A DNA stretch of 64,000 nucleotides. Origin: Gammaproteobacteria bacterium. Its GTDB lineage: Bacteria; Pseudomonadota; Gammaproteobacteria; Ga0077536. The notes beneath the pieces were generated by a model that worked only from the letters and a program-made list of their open reading frames with translations, did no database searches and was not told where the DNA came from. The stretch's first letter is position 1. Every line of letters starts with the position of its first letter. A program made the position numbers and the translations under genes. This document shows positions 59,290 to 64,000 of the stretch, piece by piece. The stretch is taken from positions 8,627 to 72,626 of the forward strand of contig JALRCR010000003.1 in the NCBI GenBank assembly GCA_023257255.1. The letters run 5' to 3'.

Positions 59290-61047
59290 TCATTCGCCAG
59301 CCTCGGGCGAGGGGAGATGGCGAGGCCGATCGGCTTCGCTGCGGTTACGGCCGCCTTGCTTGGCCCGGTAAAGCGCGGCATCGGCGCGGGCAAGCAGGTC
59401 GGCCGGTGCCTTGTCCTCTTCAAAATTGAGGCTCGCCACGCCCAGACTGATGGTCACCATCCCGGCAGCATTCCGGGGATGGGGTAACTGCTGGGCCATC
59501 ACCATCAGGCGCAACAGTTCTGCGACCTGCAGGGCACCGTTGAGGTCGGTGTCGGGCAGGATGAGGGCGAACTCCTCGCCGCCGTAGCGAAGCGCGACGT
59601 CTTCCGGACGCCGCGCGCTTTCCTTGATCACCCGGCCTATCGTGCGCAAGCAGGCATCGCCCGCCGGATGACCCAGCGCATCGTTGTAGCCCTTGAAATG
59701 ATCAACATCGAGCATCACCACAGAGAAGCACTGGCGGGAGCGCTGGGCCGTTGCCCACACCCGCTCCAGCGTCTGGTCGAAGGCCCGCCGATTGCCCAGC
59801 CCCGTCAGGTGATCCTGCAACATCATCGCTTCGAGTTGCTGATTGGCGGCGGCGAGTTCGCTGGTGCGCACCGCGACCATCTCGGCAAGTTCGCGATTGC
59901 GTCCCTCCAGCGCGGCCCGCTGCTGCTGTCGACGCTGGCGGTCTTCGGCAAGCACGCCGTAGCCCAGCATGCCAAGCAGCAGCATCAGCACGCCGGAGAT
60001 CCATTGCAGAGGGCCCAGCATTGAGCCCAGGGCGGCGCGATTGAGCGCGCCGCTGAGCCTGTAAATGACGGTGGCATCAAGGGCAGGGATAGGGGCCATC
60101 AGATAGGTGTCGTCGCCCAGCGTTTCCGCCACCAGACCGCGCGGGCTGGCCCGGGCGAGGATCGGGGCGTACTCGGCGGGAATCTTCTCCCCCTGCCCCG
60201 GCATGGCGACGTCTTTCAGCAGCAGATCGCCACCTTTCGTGACCACGTAAAGCGGCAACAGACCGCGACTGCCGACCTGCGACTTCACCACCAGGGCAGA
60301 GAAAAGCTCGCTCAACAGCAGGTCGTGGCCCACCGTGCCGGCCCACACGCCGTCCTCAAAATAGGGCACCACCACGCTGACCATCCAGGCGCCAGCCACC
60401 GGGTCGAAGGCTGCCTTGGTCCAGCGGGCATCCCCCTGGGGATTTTGCGCCGGGTCGGCGAGCTTGACCCAGTCGGTAGTGCGGTAATCGGTGTCGCGTC
60501 CCGCGTTGAACACAAAATTGGGCGCGTCGGGATAAAAAATGACTTCGCCGTTGGTCAAGGGCAGCACCCAGGCGTCGACCAGCCGCTCGCTGAAGCTCGC
60601 TTGTCCGAAAAGGTTGGTCAGGCGCCAGGCCCGCAGAAAGTGCTTACGGGTCCGCTCGTCCAGATTAACCGACGCCGGAATCCAGATCCCGGCTTCTTTG
60701 CGGGCATCAAACGATCCGCGTCGGCTCCGCCTCACGCCGTCGTCGTTCTCTTCGATCAGCGCCTCCAGCGAACCCGGTTCCAGCGCCAGATCGCTGCCGC
60801 TAAACGACATCAAGCCCGCGAGGCGCCGCGCGCTTTCTTGCGCAAAGAGCAGGTCCGCTTCAAGGTGACCCAGAGTTGCCAGCACCGCCTGACTGCTGGC
60901 ATGAAGTTGCTGCTCTTCCAGAAATCGCGTGAAGATTTTCTGCTGGTAAACCAGCGAAGCCACCATCAGCGCGGCGAGCAACAGCACCACCAGATGCAGA
61001 CGGCGCGGCACGAGTTCGCTAAACCGGATATTCGCCTTCAATGGCAT
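59290..61047 (-). CDS. Membrane diguanylate cyclase with periplasmic Cache-like sensor
   Basis: Two TMs flanking a Cache-like region, D.LTGL.NRR, DVDHFK.YND..GH, RPED I-site, GGEEF. Confidence 0.9.
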   Translation of the reverse strand: MPLKANIRFSELVPRRLHLVVLLLAALMVASLVYQQKIFTRFLEEQQLHASSQAVLATLGHLEADLLFAQESARRLAGLMSFSGSDLALEPGSLEALIEENDDGVRRSRRGSFDARKEAGIWIPASVNLDERTRKHFLRAWRLTNLFGQASFSERLVDAWVLPLTNGEVIFYPDAPNFVFNAGRDTDYRTTDWVKLADPAQNPQGDARWTKAAFDPVAGAWMVSVVVPYFEDGVWAGTVGHDLLLSELFSALVVKSQVGSRGLLPLYVVTKGGDLLLKDVAMPGQGEKIPAEYAPILARASPRGLVAETLGDDTYLMAPIPALDATVIYRLSGALNRAALGSMLGPLQWISGVLMLLLGMLGYGVLAEDRQRRQQQRAALEGRNRELAEMVAVRTSELAAANQQLEAMMLQDHLTGLGNRRAFDQTLERVWATAQRSRQCFSVVMLDVDHFKGYNDALGHPAGDACLRTIGRVIKESARRPEDVALRYGGEEFALILPDTDLNGALQVAELLRLMVMAQQLPHPRNAAGMVTISLGVASLNFEEDKAPADLLARADAALYRAKQGGRNRSEADRPRHLPSPEAGE

Positions 61048-61208
61048 GCACTGTCCCTAACCACGCGCCCACGATTAACCTGCCAGATTTATGGAATTTA
61101 ACGACTCGACCGTTGGAATGCCACCGTGAACCGGCCGGCGGACCAGGTCATCTACCGACTCGCCGTATAGCGCAGGGTTCCTGCGCGGCAGCGGCGCTGC
61201 CGGGCTTG

Positions 61209-64000
<2,792 letters not shown>

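Noticed and set aside
6195-61202. Intergenic hairpins (6195, 25430, 29945, 46036, 61170-61202) as a REP/MITE family or CRISPR
   Set aside because: They share no common sequence and have no regular spacing; best explained as individual terminators

Overview
High-GC proteobacterial (probably gammaproteobacterial) chromosomal segment, densely coded with about 48 CDS. I found no rRNA, tRNA, CRISPR array, transposase or integrase. In order: acoABC acetoin dehydrogenase, HSL-family esterase, RhlE helicase, a Fur-boxed FecA-type TonB receptor, a lipoprotein-panE-like-CorC operon, a molybdopterin oxidoreductase + Rieske oxygenase pair, REC-PAS-GGDEF-EAL + hybrid kinase, a RuBisCO-like protein (form IV, KDDH) + cupin (MTA-isoprenoid shunt), several luciferase-like monooxygenase modules, DUF1329, GSTs, D-aminoacylase, a pseudo-receiver/Ser-Thr kinase, PMM/PGM, a complete F8-like chemosensory operon, an MFS transporter, an orphan HlyB/HlyD type I secretion pair, a PfkB (adenosine-like) kinase, a mammalian-sAC-like tandem adenylate cyclase-STAND-TPR protein, a diguanylate cyclase and partial uvrA. 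The most interesting signals are in the signalling genes. CheA carries a tandem MshEN-like (c-di-GMP-binding) motif, and the first chemoreceptor has a CheZ-like phosphatase motif. Sigma-28-like promoters precede both the che operon and a probably leaderless pseudo-receiver Hanks kinase. The sAC-like cyclase has a degenerate P-loop. All calls come from motif recognition by eye; no searches were run.
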